From assembly GCA_965202905.1 (NCBI GenBank), contig OZ241868.1, positions 1,353,699 to 1,417,698 of the forward strand: a DNA stretch of 64,000 nt, written 5' to 3'. Both the position numbers and the translations under genes were made by a program. The notes under the pieces were generated by a model. That model saw only the letters and a list, made by a program, of their open reading frames with translations. It did not search any database and had not been told where the DNA came from. Source of the stretch: Alphaproteobacteria bacterium. GTDB taxonomy: Bacteria > Pseudomonadota > Alphaproteobacteria > MPNO01. Of this stretch, positions 18,801 to 28,432 are shown piece by piece (the stretch's first letter is position 1; each line of letters opens with the position of its first letter).

Positions 18801-20414
18801 GTGCAACCCGCGATACTGCTCCGACAGCACCGCCAGCGGCGTGTCGTCGCCCATCGAGCCCACCGCCTCCTTGGCGTCGACGACCATCGGATGCAGCAGA
18901 AGCTCCACCTCCTCCAGCGAATAGCCCGCCGCGATCTGGCGGCGGCGCAGCGCTTCGCCGGCGAGCCCGACGCGGACCGGCTCGCCGGCGCGGATCAGGC
19001 TGTCGAGCTTTGTGAGGTTGCCGAGCCAGTCCGAATAGGGCTCCTCGGCGGCGAGCCGTTTCTTGACGTCCGCGTCGTGGAAGAGCGCGCCCTCGTCGAG
19101 ATCGACGGCCAGCACTTCGCCCGGCCCCAGCCGGCCCTTCTCGACGACCTGGGATTCCGGCGAATAGACCATCCCGGTCTCCGAGCCGACGATCAACAGC
19201 CCGTTCTGCAGGATCGAATAGCGCATCGGTCGGAGCCCGTTGCGGTCCATCGCCGCGACCACCCAGCGGCCGTCGGTGCCGGTGATCGCCGCCGGGCCGT
19301 CCCACGGCTCCATGACGCAGTTGAGATAGCTGAAGAACGCCTTGATCTCCGCGTCGATGTCAGCCTTCTGCGACCACGCGGCCGGGATCATCATGCAGCT
19401 CGCGAACGGCGCGGACCGGCCGGTCCGGCAGAGCAGCTCGAAGACGTTATCGAGCGCGGAGGAGTCCGAGCCGCCCGGCTCGATGACCGGCTTGAGGTCC
19501 TCGACACGCTCGCCGAAGACCTCGGCATCCATCCGGGTCTCGTGGCTCTTCATCCAGTTGACGTTGCCCGACAGGGTGTTGATCTCGCCGTTATGGGCAA
19601 GCATCCGGAACGGCTGGGCGAGCCGCCAAGTCGGGAACGTGTTGGTCGAGTAACGCTGGTGGTAGATGGCGAAGCGCGAGACGAAGCGCTCGTCCAGCAG
19701 GTCGGGGTAGAAGGCCGTCAGTTGCTCGGCCAGGAACATCCCCTTGTAGATCACCGAGCGCGAGGACAGCGAGCACAGGTAGAAGTCGTTGATGTTCTCG
19801 GCGCGCACCTGATTCTCGATCAGCCGGCGGATGATATAGAGATCGGCCTCGAAACGGTCGCCGGAGACTCCGGGAGTGCCGGCGATCATGATCTGCTCGA
19901 TCTCCGGGCGCGTTGCGTTGGCTTTCTCGCCGATCACGTCGACATCGATCGGTACTTGGCGCCAGCCGTAGATCAGGTAGCCGAACTTAAGGATCTCGGA
20001 TTCCACGATGCAACGGCAGCGCTCCTGGCCGGCAAGGTTGGTGCGCGGCAGAAACACCATGCCGACCGCGATCGGGCCGCCGCCGGCGTTGTGGCCGGTG
20101 CGACGGATATGCTCCTTGAAGAAATCCTGCGGGATGTCGACGTGGATGCCGGCGCCGTCGCCGGTCTTGCCGTCGGCATCGACCGCGCCGCGGTGCCAGA
20201 CCGCCTTCAGCGCCTGGATCCCGGCCTCGACCACCTCGCGCCGGGCGATCCCGTCGACCGCGGCCACCAGCCCGACGCCGCAGGCCTCGTGCTCGTGCGC
20301 CGGATCGTAGAGCCCGCGCCCGGCCAGCCGCGCCGCCTCGCGTTCCCAGCGCGCGACGAATTTCGCGCCGTCGTCACGTCGATCGGGGTTTCCTGGTCTC
20401 GCCATCGGGTTCAC
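15846..20414 (-). CDS. gltB: glutamate synthase large subunit
   Basis: 1522 aa; N-terminal amidotransferase Cys (ACGVGLVA), FMN and 3Fe-4S central domain, C-terminal GXGXG domain. Confidence 0.95.
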   Translation of the reverse strand: MNPMARPGNPDRRDDGAKFVARWEREAARLAGRGLYDPAHEHEACGVGLVAAVDGIARREVVEAGIQALKAVWHRGAVDADGKTGDGAGIHVDIPQDFFKEHIRRTGHNAGGGPIAVGMVFLPRTNLAGQERCRCIVESEILKFGYLIYGWRQVPIDVDVIGEKANATRPEIEQIMIAGTPGVSGDRFEADLYIIRRLIENQVRAENINDFYLCSLSSRSVIYKGMFLAEQLTAFYPDLLDERFVSRFAIYHQRYSTNTFPTWRLAQPFRMLAHNGEINTLSGNVNWMKSHETRMDAEVFGERVEDLKPVIEPGGSDSSALDNVFELLCRTGRSAPFASCMMIPAAWSQKADIDAEIKAFFSYLNCVMEPWDGPAAITGTDGRWVVAAMDRNGLRPMRYSILQNGLLIVGSETGMVYSPESQVVEKGRLGPGEVLAVDLDEGALFHDADVKKRLAAEEPYSDWLGNLTKLDSLIRAGEPVRVGLAGEALRRRQIAAGYSLEEVELLLHPMVVDAKEAVGSMGDDTPLAVLSEQYRGLHHFFRQSFSQVTNPPIDSLREYRVMSLRTRLGNLGNILSRDESQMRLLQLESPVVTNAAFAALRDYLGKTAAVIDCTFRNNDDELALRRAMHRIQRQAEDAVRGGAIHLILSDRNIGPERAAIPMILAAGGVHSHLVSQSLRTFTSLNVESAECMDVHYFAVLIGVGATTVNAYLAQDTIADRHRRGLFGALTLQECIARYKTAIDQGILKVMSKMGISIVSSYRGAYKFEAVGLSRWLVNSYFPGMTSRISGIGLHGIRRMTLALHERAFDAEIAALPVGGLYRFRQNGESHAFEGRQIHILQSAVATDSFATYRKYLDGVRSAPPINLRDLMEFSPKADPVPIEEVESITAIRKRLVAPGISLGALSPEAHAVLSIAMNRIGAKSDSGEGGEDPGRYRPRPNGDNASSAIKQVASGRFGVTAEYLNNCREIEIKIAQGAKPGEGGQLPGIKVSEMIAKLRHSTPGVTLISPPPHHDIYSIEDLAQLIYDLKQINPDAKVCVKLVSQSGIGTIAAGVAKAKADVILISGHSGGTGASPQSSIKYAGLPWELGLSEVNQVLTLNQLRHRVVLRVDGGLKTGREVVIAALLGAEEFGIGTASLVAMGCIMVRQCHSNTCPVGVCTQDPRLREKFSGTPEKVVNLFSFVAEEIREILASLGARRLTDIIGRTELLGQVGRGNAHLDDLDFNPMLVQADPGDHSHFCTLEGRNEVPDTLDAQMIQDAAPALELGEKMQLAYNIRNTQRAIGTRFSAMIARRYGMTGLQPGHITVRLRGSAGQSLGAFAVQGLKLEVFGDANDYVGKGLSGGTIVVRLATASKLASNENTIVGNTVLYGATAGRLFAAGQAGERFAVRNSGATVVVEGCGSNGCEYMTNGIAVVLGAVGDNFGAGMTGGMAFVYDASETFASRVNGGTVFFQRIQVAHWEGVLRALVEEHVRETQSRFAERLLIDWDREAPRFWQVVPNEMMHRYDHPVIAEAETGQTA

Positions 20415-21862
20415 TCCGCTGCGGTGGTGACGGCGCCGGTGCGCGCCTCGCGTCCGGAGATGTAGGCGTGCATCGCCTCGGCGGCGTCGCGGCCGTCGCG
20501 GATGCCCCAGACCACCAGCGATGCGCCGCGCACGATGTCGCCAGCGGCGAACACGCCGTCGATCCCGGTCATCATCGTGCGGTAGTCGATGCGCACCGTG
20601 CCCCAGCGGCTGACCTTGAGCTCCGGGGCGCCGAACAGCCGCGGCAGATCCTCGGGATCGAAGCCCAGCGCCTTGATCACCAGACCGGCCTCAACGGTAA
20701 AGCTCGATCCCTCGATCGGCTCCGGCGTCTGGCGGCCCGACGCATCGGGCACGCCGAGATGAATGCGCGTGGAACGGACCGCGCGCACCGCGCCGTCCCC
20801 CAGCAACGCCTCGGGCGTCGCGAGAAACACAAAGCGGACGCCCTCCTCCTCGGCGTACTGCACCTCGCGCCGCGAGCCCGGCATGTTCTCCCGGTCGCGG
20901 CGGTAGAGGCAGCTTATGGATTTGGCGCCCTGGCGGACGGCGGTGCGCACGCAGTCCATGGCGGTGTCGCCGCCGCCGATCACCACCACGTCCTTGCCCG
21001 CCGAGTCCAGCCGGCCGTCATCGAAGGCGGGCACCGCGTCGCCCAGCCCCTTACGGTTGGATGCGATCAGGTAGTCGAGCGCGGGCGCCACGTTGTCCAG
21101 GCCCGCGCCCGGAAGCTGGATGTCGCGCGCCTTGTAAACCCCGGTCGCGATCAGCACAGCGTCGTGGCGGCCGCGGATCTCCGCCAGGCCGGCGTCGCGC
21201 CCCACCTCGAAATTGCGGTGGAAGACGATGCCGGCCTCCTCGAACAGCGCGATCCGCCGCCGGACGATCTTTTTCTCCAGCTTGAAGTTGGGGATGCCGT
21301 AGACCATCAGCCCGCCCATCCGGTCGTGGCGGTCGTAGACGTGGACGGCATAGCCGCGGCGGCGCATCTGCTCGGCCGCGGCGAGCCCGGCGGGTCCGGC
21401 GCCGATGACGCCGACCGACCGGCCGAGCTCGCGGGCCGGCAGCGGCGGCTTGATCCAGCCGCGCTCCCAGGCCGTATCGGTGATGTAGCGCTCGACCGAG
21501 CCGATGGTCACCGTGCCGTGGCCGGACTGCTCGATGACGCAGTTGCCCTCGCACAGCCGGTCCTGTGGGCATATCCGGCCGCAAATTTCGGGGAAATTGT
21601 TGGTCGCCGAGGAGATCGCGTAAGCTTCCTCCAGCCGCCCCGCCGCGGTCAACATCAGCCAGTCGGGGATGTTGTTGTGCACCGGGCAGTGGACTTGGCA
21701 GAACGGCACGCCGCACTGCGAGCACCGGCTGGCCTGGGTCGCCGCGCCTTCAGACGAGTAATCGCGGTAGATCTCCTGGAAATCAGCCCGGCGGACCGCG
21801 GCTTCGCGCTTTTCCGGCGTCCGCCGATCCAGATCGACGAATTTCAACATCCCGTCGGACAT
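20411..21862 (-). CDS. gltD: glutamate synthase small subunit (NADPH)
   Basis: 483 aa; Cys-rich Fe-S N-terminus; FAD and NADPH Rossmann motifs VGVIGAGPAGLAAA and VVVIGGGDTAMD; 4-bp overlap with gltB. Confidence 0.95.
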   Translation of the reverse strand: MSDGMLKFVDLDRRTPEKREAAVRRADFQEIYRDYSSEGAATQASRCSQCGVPFCQVHCPVHNNIPDWLMLTAAGRLEEAYAISSATNNFPEICGRICPQDRLCEGNCVIEQSGHGTVTIGSVERYITDTAWERGWIKPPLPARELGRSVGVIGAGPAGLAAAEQMRRRGYAVHVYDRHDRMGGLMVYGIPNFKLEKKIVRRRIALFEEAGIVFHRNFEVGRDAGLAEIRGRHDAVLIATGVYKARDIQLPGAGLDNVAPALDYLIASNRKGLGDAVPAFDDGRLDSAGKDVVVIGGGDTAMDCVRTAVRQGAKSISCLYRRDRENMPGSRREVQYAEEEGVRFVFLATPEALLGDGAVRAVRSTRIHLGVPDASGRQTPEPIEGSSFTVEAGLVIKALGFDPEDLPRLFGAPELKVSRWGTVRIDYRTMMTGIDGVFAAGDIVRGASLVVWGIRDGRDAAEAMHAYISGREARTGAVTTAAE

Positions 21863-22123
21863 GGGCTCCCCCCGGACCCGTCATGCGGACCGCACGCGCA
21901 CTCAGCAAACTAATCTAGCAGGTCAGGTCCATATAACAAGCCCAATTAGTCAGTGATACTGCCCTAGCCAAGCTCGGCCGATCCGGGCCAATTGTCCACA
22001 GGCACGATGCCTCTAAGCCCGCACCCAAAGATAGTACCGAAACAGGACAATAACTTAACTCCTTGGCGCTTGGGCCGAATCCCGGTCTGATGTATAGGAC
22101 GGCCGTCATCCAGGGGGCAGGAC

Positions 22124-22924
22124 GTGACACTCCTTCAGCTCGCCGTGATCGCGGTCGTTCAGGGCATCACGGAATTTCTGCCGATCAGTTCCTCGGCGCA
22201 TTTGCGGCTGATCCCCTTGCTAAGCGATTGGCCGGACCAGGGCCTGCTGATCGACATCGCGGTCCATGTCGGGACCCTTTTCGCGGTGATCGCCTATCTG
22301 TGGCGCGACTGCCTGGTGATGGCGGCGGGGCTGACCCGGCTCAACGCCGGGATGAGCGATCCCGGCCTCCGCATGATCGCCTGCCTGGCCATCGCGACCG
22401 TCCCGGTGGTCATCGCGGGCTATGTCCTGTCCACCCGTTTCGGCGAAGCATGGCGCAACTCGCTGGCGCTGATCGCCTGGTCGACGCTGATCTTCGGGAT
22501 CGTCCTTTACGGTGCGGATCGTATCGGCCCGAAGATCCGCCGGATCGAGCACATGACCGGCTTGTCCTCGCTGATGATCGGCATCGCCCAGGTCCTTGCC
22601 CTGATCCCCGGGGCCAGCCGCGCCGGCGTGACGATGACGGCGGCCCGCATGTTGGGCTACGATCGCCGCGACGCCGCGCGCTTCTCGATGTTGATGTCGA
22701 TCCCGACGATTGTCGCCGCGGGCGCGCTGGCCACGGTCGAGCTCGTCGAGACCGGCGATGTCGTCGTCCAGGCCAACGCCGTGGTCGCCGGCCTGATCGC
22801 CTTCGTCACGGCCCTGATCGCGATCGCCCTGATGATGGGCTGGCTGGCCCGGTCGGGCTTCGCGCCGTTCGTCGTTTATCGCGTCGTCCTGGGCGGCGTG
22901 CTGCTGGGCGTCGTCTACCTGTAG
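22124..22924 (+). CDS. uppP: undecaprenyl-diphosphatase
   Basis: 266 aa; N-terminus AVVQGITEFLPISSSAHL is diagnostic of BacA/UppP. Confidence 0.9.
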   Translation: MTLLQLAVIAVVQGITEFLPISSSAHLRLIPLLSDWPDQGLLIDIAVHVGTLFAVIAYLWRDCLVMAAGLTRLNAGMSDPGLRMIACLAIATVPVVIAGYVLSTRFGEAWRNSLALIAWSTLIFGIVLYGADRIGPKIRRIEHMTGLSSLMIGIAQVLALIPGASRAGVTMTAARMLGYDRRDAARFSMLMSIPTIVAAGALATVELVETGDVVVQANAVVAGLIAFVTALIAIALMMGWLARSGFAPFVVYRVVLGGVLLGVVYL

Positions 22925-22934
22925 GCGGGCGCTC

Positions 22935-23879
22935 TCACGCCGCGCCGGCCCACTGCCCGCCACGGCGATACCTGCCGAGATAACCCGGGACGATCGATTC
23001 GACAGCCGTCGGCGTAATGCCGAGCCCGGCGAGCCCCGGCGCCTCGCCCGCCACGATGTCGCTGCCGAGCAGCCGCACCTGATCTCGGGTCAGCAGCGGC
23101 GGAAACGGCGACAGCTCCATGAAAAAGGCCTCGATCATGGCGATCGCGGACGGCGCCGGCGCCAGCAGACGCCGCCGGCCGGTCTGCGCCAGGACATAGG
23201 CCATGATCTCCTTGAAGGTGTAGACCCTGGGCCCGGCGAATTCGTAGAGCCGGGCCGCGCCCCCGGCGATCTCGAGCGCGGCCATGATGCCGGCTGCGAC
23301 ATCGGCCACGTAGACCGGCTGGAAACGGGTGTTTCCGCCGCCGATCAGCGGCAACACGGGAGAGATCCGCGCGAGCCAGGCGAACCGGTTGTAGAAGTCG
23401 TCCTCCATGCCGAAGACCATGCTCGGCCGGACGATGATCGCCGGTTCGAACGCCGCGCGGACCGCCTCCTCGCCCGCGGCCTTGGACCGCGCGTAGTGAG
23501 CGCGCGCGCGCGCGTCCGCCCCGATCGCCGAGACATGCACCAAGCGCCGGACGCCGGCATCCGCGGCTGCCCGCGCGATACGGCCGGCGCCGGCGGCATG
23601 GATGGAATCGAAGCGCTGGCGGCCGCGCTCGTAGAGCACGCCCACGAGATTGATCACGGTATCGGCCCCGGCCACCGCGGCCACGACCGAGCCGTCATCG
23701 CGGATATTGGCCTGGATCGGAGCGATCTGGCCGACATCGCCCATCGGCTTGAGGAACCGCGCGGCTTCGGGGTTACGCACAGCGGCGCGGATCTGCGCGC
23801 CGGACCGCGCGAGCTCGCGCACCACATAGCGGCCGATGAACCCGGATGCTCCGAAGACCGTTGCAATCCGCACGGCCAT
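22935..23879 (-). CDS. complex I NDUFA9-like SDR family protein
   Basis: 314 aa; VFGASGFIGRYVVREL Rossmann motif; family is common in alphaproteobacteria. Confidence 0.8.
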   Translation of the reverse strand: MAVRIATVFGASGFIGRYVVRELARSGAQIRAAVRNPEAARFLKPMGDVGQIAPIQANIRDDGSVVAAVAGADTVINLVGVLYERGRQRFDSIHAAGAGRIARAAADAGVRRLVHVSAIGADARARAHYARSKAAGEEAVRAAFEPAIIVRPSMVFGMEDDFYNRFAWLARISPVLPLIGGGNTRFQPVYVADVAAGIMAALEIAGGAARLYEFAGPRVYTFKEIMAYVLAQTGRRRLLAPAPSAIAMIEAFFMELSPFPPLLTRDQVRLLGSDIVAGEAPGLAGLGITPTAVESIVPGYLGRYRRGGQWAGAA

Positions 23880-24006
23880 GACCGCTCCTCCCCGTCCGAT
23901 CCGCGCTAATATCGGCGATCGGTTGCCGCGTCAACCGCGGGTGAAAGCGGTTGACAAGCTCGCGCGGTCTGGCTACGGAGCGGGCCGGCCCGGGCCGCAC
24001 CCGGAT

Positions 24007-24093
24007 GCCCAGGTGGCGGAATTGGTAGACGCGCAGGTTTCAGGTACCTGTGACCGCAAGGTCGTGGAAGTTCGAGTCTTCTCCTGGGCACCA
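24007..24093 (+). tRNA. tRNA-Leu (anticodon CAG)
   Basis: GCCCAGGTGGCGGAATTGGTAGACGC...; anticodon loop TTCAGGT; long variable arm; T-arm GGAAGTTCGAGTCTTCC; acceptor stem plus ACCA. Confidence 0.85.
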
Positions 24094-24142
24094 CTGCATC
24101 CATCCCGGCTGCGGGCCGCCTTGCGGGATCTGCGGTGATGCG

Positions 24143-24754
24143 ATGAGCGTCGATTTTCACGAGGGCGACCTGCCGGACGGGCTCGATCTCGGCAGCGCGG
24201 TCGCGGTCGATACCGAGACACTGGGGCTGAAACCCGAGCGCGACAGGCTCTGCCTTGCGCAGCTCAGCGCCGGCGACGGCAACGCCCATCTCGTGCAGTT
24301 TCGCCGCGACGCCTACGATGCGCCCAACCTGGCGCGCCTGCTCGTGGACCCGGCGGTCACCAAGATCTTTCATTTTGCGCGCTTCGACGTGGCCATGTTG
24401 GAGCGCTATCTCGGCGTCCGCTGCCGGCCGGTCTATTGCACCAAGATCGCCTCGAAGCTCGCCCGTACCTACACCGACCGCCATTCGCTGAAGGATCTGA
24501 CCCGCGAGCTTCTGGGCATCGAGATCTCCAAGGAACAGCAGTCTTCGGACTGGGGTGCCGAAACCCTGAGCCCGAAGCAGATCGACTACGCCGCCGCCGA
24601 CGTGCTGCACCTGCACGCCATCCGCGAGGCGCTGGACGGGATGTTGACGCGCGAGCGGCGCGGCGATCTGGCCGCAGCCTGTTTCGGGTTCTTACCCGAC
24701 CGCGCGGCGCTCGATCTCGGCGGCTGGGACGATACGGACATCTTCGCCCACTAA
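24143..24754 (+). CDS. 3'-5' exonuclease, short RNase D-like (DEDD family)
   Basis: Start at MSVDFHEG; exo motif I VAVDTETLGL; ~203 aa. Confidence 0.75.
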   Translation: MSVDFHEGDLPDGLDLGSAVAVDTETLGLKPERDRLCLAQLSAGDGNAHLVQFRRDAYDAPNLARLLVDPAVTKIFHFARFDVAMLERYLGVRCRPVYCTKIASKLARTYTDRHSLKDLTRELLGIEISKEQQSSDWGAETLSPKQIDYAAADVLHLHAIREALDGMLTRERRGDLAAACFGFLPDRAALDLGGWDDTDIFAH

Positions 24755-24855
24755 GAACCCGCCGTTTGCCAAGCCACATGGCGAATAGCCCAGATCCGCG
24801 AATGCCCGCTGATGCATGACCGGGCGCCCCACGTGAATCAGAGGTTCCCTGACAT

Positions 24856-25629
24856 TCATCGGGCGAAAAAAGCGTCGGTGATGAGAAAATTGAATCCCAG
24901 GATGAGCACCGAGGAGGAGACCACCGCGTTGGTGGTCGCGGCCCCCACCCCTTGCGCTCCGCCGCGCGAATTGTAGCCGTGGTAGCAGCCCATCAGGGCG
25001 ATCAGAAACCCGAACACGGCGGCTTTGACCATGCCGGACAGGATGTCGATGACCTCAAGGAACTGGAAGGTGCTCTTGAGATAGACGGTGGGATTGAAGC
25101 CGAGCTTATGCACGCTGATCAGATAGCCGCCGAACACGCCGACGGCATCGGCCATCAGCACGCACAGCGGCAGGGTCAGCGTGGCGGCGAGCAGCCTGGG
25201 CGCGACGAGATACTTGAACGGGTTGGTCGACAGCGTGGTCAGGGCGTCGATCTGCTCGGTCACCCGCATGGTGCCGATCTCGGCCGCCATGGCCGCGCCG
25301 ATGCGTCCGGCGACCATCAGCCCGGCCAGCACCGGAGCGAGTTCCCGGGTCACGGACAGCACCACCACGGTGGCGACCGCGCTTTCGGCGTTGAACCGGG
25401 CGAAGCCGGTATAGCTCTGCAGCGCCAGCACCATGCCGGTAAACAGCGCCGTCATGCCGACAACCGGCAGCGAGTAGTAGCCGATCTCGATCATCTGGCG
25501 GCCGATCAGCCGGAAGTAGATCGGCGGGCGCACGCAATGCATCACGCCCCTGCCGGCGAACAGGGACAGACGCCCGGTCGCGGCGAAGAACGACAGCAGC
25601 ACCCGCCCGATCGACGCGACCGCCGTCAT
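24856..25629 (-). CDS. mlaE: MlaE-family ABC transporter permease
   Basis: 257 aa; polytopic membrane protein with conserved MlaE/YrbE blocks. Confidence 0.8.
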   Translation of the reverse strand: MTAVASIGRVLLSFFAATGRLSLFAGRGVMHCVRPPIYFRLIGRQMIEIGYYSLPVVGMTALFTGMVLALQSYTGFARFNAESAVATVVVLSVTRELAPVLAGLMVAGRIGAAMAAEIGTMRVTEQIDALTTLSTNPFKYLVAPRLLAATLTLPLCVLMADAVGVFGGYLISVHKLGFNPTVYLKSTFQFLEVIDILSGMVKAAVFGFLIALMGCYHGYNSRGGAQGVGAATTNAVVSSSVLILGFNFLITDAFFAR

Positions 25630-26723
25630 TTCTCCTCTCCATCCACGCCGCCGCGATAGACGCGCCGGACCCGCGGGCCGATCCGGGAGAGGATTTCGTA
25701 GCCGATCGTGCCGGCCTCCGCGGCCATCGCATCGGCGTCGTGCCGCGGACCGATCAACTCGACGGTTTCGCCTGGGCGTACCCGGTCGGCCGCGATTCCC
25801 GTCACATCGAAGCTCACCAGATCCATGGACACCCGTCCGACCACCGGGACCGGAACATCGCCGATGCGCGCGCGGCCGCGGTTGGACAAGGATCTGGCCA
25901 ATCCGTCGGCGTAGCCCATCGCGACGGTCGCCAGACTGCGGCCGGCGGCGACGCGGCAGGTGGCGCCGTATCCAACAACAGTATCGGCGTCAACGTGCTG
26001 AAATTGCATGATTTTTGCCTCCAGCCGCACGGTCTGCGCCATCGGGTTGGCCTGCCCGCGCATCGCCGACAGCCCATAGATCGCGGCCCCGGGGCGGACG
26101 AGGCCGTAGTGGAAGTCCGGGCCCATGAAGATCCCGGCCGAGTTGGCCAGCGAGGCCGGCGCGTCCGGCAGTTGCGCCCGCAGCCTGTCGAAGACCCGCT
26201 TCTGGTCCCGGTTCATCGGGTTGTCCGGCTCATCCGCGCAGGCGAGATGGCTCATCACCGCGGTGAGCGCGATCCCCTCCAGCCGCTCCGGCCGGCGGGC
26301 GATTGCCGCCACATCATTGATGCCCAGGCCGAGCCGCGCCATGCCGGTATCAAGCATCAGCGCGGCCGGCCGGCCGCCGGTCCGCCCGCCATGACGAGCC
26401 CAGCACGAAACGGCGTCCAGGGTGCACAGGACCGGCGTCAGCGCCGCCTCGTCGTAGAGCGCCTCTTCGCCGGCGACGTGTCCGTCGAGGACGTAGATCC
26501 TCGGCGCCTCGCGGGTTCCAGCGAGGCGGGCGCGGAGCGCGCAACCCTCCCCGGTGCTCGCGACGAAGAAGACGCCGCAGCCGGCGGCGGCGAGCGCGCG
26601 GCCGACCGGCCCCAGGCCCAGGCCGTAGGCATCGGCCTTGACCGCCGCGCCACAGACCGCGCCCGGCGCGCGCGCGGCCAGGGCGCGCCAATTGGCCACG
26701 ACCGCGTCGAGATCGACGATCAT
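25626..26723 (-). CDS. alr: alanine racemase
   Basis: 365 aa; PLP-lysine motif AVKADAYGLG; conserved dnaB-alr linkage. Confidence 0.9.
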   Translation of the reverse strand: MIVDLDAVVANWRALAARAPGAVCGAAVKADAYGLGLGPVGRALAAAGCGVFFVASTGEGCALRARLAGTREAPRIYVLDGHVAGEEALYDEAALTPVLCTLDAVSCWARHGGRTGGRPAALMLDTGMARLGLGINDVAAIARRPERLEGIALTAVMSHLACADEPDNPMNRDQKRVFDRLRAQLPDAPASLANSAGIFMGPDFHYGLVRPGAAIYGLSAMRGQANPMAQTVRLEAKIMQFQHVDADTVVGYGATCRVAAGRSLATVAMGYADGLARSLSNRGRARIGDVPVPVVGRVSMDLVSFDVTGIAADRVRPGETVELIGPRHDADAMAAEAGTIGYEILSRIGPRVRRVYRGGVDGEEK

Positions 26724-26749
26724 CCGGGCCCGTTCGTGGCCTCGCGCGC

Positions 26750-28276
26750 TCAGAACGGAACATCCTCGTCGCGCCCCTCTTCGCCGTAATCGTGCGAGGC
26801 GTCCTCCAGGTTGTCAAACTTGGTCACCTCGGCATAGAAGCGGAGCGAGACTCGGCCGGTCGGGCCGTGGCGCTGCTTGGCGACGATCACCTCGGCCAAG
26901 CCGTGGGAATCCCTGAGGCGGTCCTCCCAGTTGCCGCGGCGTTCGAGAAACTTGTCCTCGGTCTCCTCCGGGCGGCGTGTCGGCTCCAGCCGGTCGAGAT
27001 AGTATTCCTCGCGGAAGATGAACATGACCACATCGGCGTCCTGCTCGATGGTTCCGGACTCGCGGAGGTCGGCGAGTTGGGGGCGCTTGTCCTCGCGCTG
27101 CTCGACCGCGCGCGAGAGCTGGGACAGCGCCAGCACCGGGACGTCGAGCTCCTTGGCCAGAGTCTTGAGACCGCGGGTGATCTCGGAGATTTCCTGAACC
27201 CGGTTCTCGTTGCGGTTCGCCCGGCTGCCCTGCAGAAGTTGCAGGTAGTCGACCACGATCAGGGCAAGCCCATGCTGGCGCTTGAGCCGGCGCGCCCGGG
27301 TGCGCAGCGCCGAAACGGTGAGCGCCGGCGTGTCGTCGATGAAGAACTCCGCCATCTCCAGTTGCTGGCTGGCGAGAACCAGGCGGTCGAACTCCTGGGC
27401 GTTGAGCTCGCCGCAACGGATCTTGTCCGAGGCGATCTGCGCGTCCTCGGCGAGGATCCGGTTGGCAAGCTGCTCGGCCGACATCTCCAGCGAATAGAAT
27501 CCGATCGCCGGCTGCCTGGATTTGTCGCCGGCCGCGTCGCGGGTGATCGCCTTGGCGAGGTTGAAGGCGATATTGGTCGCCAGCGCCGTCTTTCCCATCG
27601 ACGGCCGGCCGGCCAGGATGACCAGATCGGATTTGTGGAGCCCGCCCAGCAGCAGGTCGAGATTGTGGAAGCCGGTGGCCACGCCGGCGATCCTGCCCTC
27701 GCGCCGGTAGGCGGCCTGGGCCATCTCGATCGCACTGGCCATCGCGACCCTGAAGTGCTGGAAGCCGCCGTCGTAATCGCCGGTCGTCGCCAGATCGTAG
27801 AGCTTCTGCTCGGCGGTCTCGATCTGATCGGTGGCGCTAATCTCGAGGTCTTCGACATAGGCGTCGTTGACCATGTCGGTGCCCAGCCCGATCAGCTCGC
27901 GCCGCAGGTGCAGATCGTGGATCAGCCGCCCGTAATCCTGGGCGTTGATGATCGTGGCCGCGCTGGCGGCAAGGCGGGCGACGTATTGCGCCCCGCCGAC
28001 CTCGCGATAGATCTCGTCGGACTCGAAGAAATATTTCAGCGTCGTCGGGTCGGCGCGCTGCCCGCGCTCGACCATCCGCGCGCAGGCCTCGTAGATGCGG
28101 CCGTGGAATTCCTCGCTGAAATGCTCGGCGGTCAGGAACTCCGAGACCCTCTCATAGGCGCGGTTGTTGAGCAGGATCGCGCCAAGAAGGCCCATCTCCG
28201 CCTCGATGTTCGCCGGCGGCCTGCGGAAGCCGTCGGCTTCCGGTGCCGGATCCAAGATCGGAACTGTCTCTGCCAC
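26750..28276 (-). CDS. dnaB: replicative DNA helicase
   Basis: 508 aa; Walker A GRPSMGKTALA and DnaB helicase motifs. Confidence 0.95.
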   Translation of the reverse strand: MAETVPILDPAPEADGFRRPPANIEAEMGLLGAILLNNRAYERVSEFLTAEHFSEEFHGRIYEACARMVERGQRADPTTLKYFFESDEIYREVGGAQYVARLAASAATIINAQDYGRLIHDLHLRRELIGLGTDMVNDAYVEDLEISATDQIETAEQKLYDLATTGDYDGGFQHFRVAMASAIEMAQAAYRREGRIAGVATGFHNLDLLLGGLHKSDLVILAGRPSMGKTALATNIAFNLAKAITRDAAGDKSRQPAIGFYSLEMSAEQLANRILAEDAQIASDKIRCGELNAQEFDRLVLASQQLEMAEFFIDDTPALTVSALRTRARRLKRQHGLALIVVDYLQLLQGSRANRNENRVQEISEITRGLKTLAKELDVPVLALSQLSRAVEQREDKRPQLADLRESGTIEQDADVVMFIFREEYYLDRLEPTRRPEETEDKFLERRGNWEDRLRDSHGLAEVIVAKQRHGPTGRVSLRFYAEVTKFDNLEDASHDYGEEGRDEDVPF

Positions 28277-28432
28277 GTCTTTCCCTCATGAACGAGCCGG
28301 GACGTTAGTCCGGCGCGCTGGCGCCGGGTAGAGACGAGAAGCGGACATCCCTGAGGAAACCGGGGACAAGATCGGCGGTCCTTCGCCTGACTGTGAATTA
28401 CGGGGAAATTGTGGTGGCGACGCCGATTCGCG

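Noticed and set aside
24007-24093. tRNA-Leu as an integration site for the accessory DNA
   Set aside because: Flanking genes (NDUFA9-like SDR, RNase D-like) are ordinary core genes with host GC; no integrase, attachment-site repeat or island is adjacent.
28277-28432. Hairpin-like sequence (ccgggacgttagtccgg) between dnaB start and cfa end as a terminator
   Set aside because: The stem is imperfect and lacks a T-run; it is more likely part of the dnaB promoter region.
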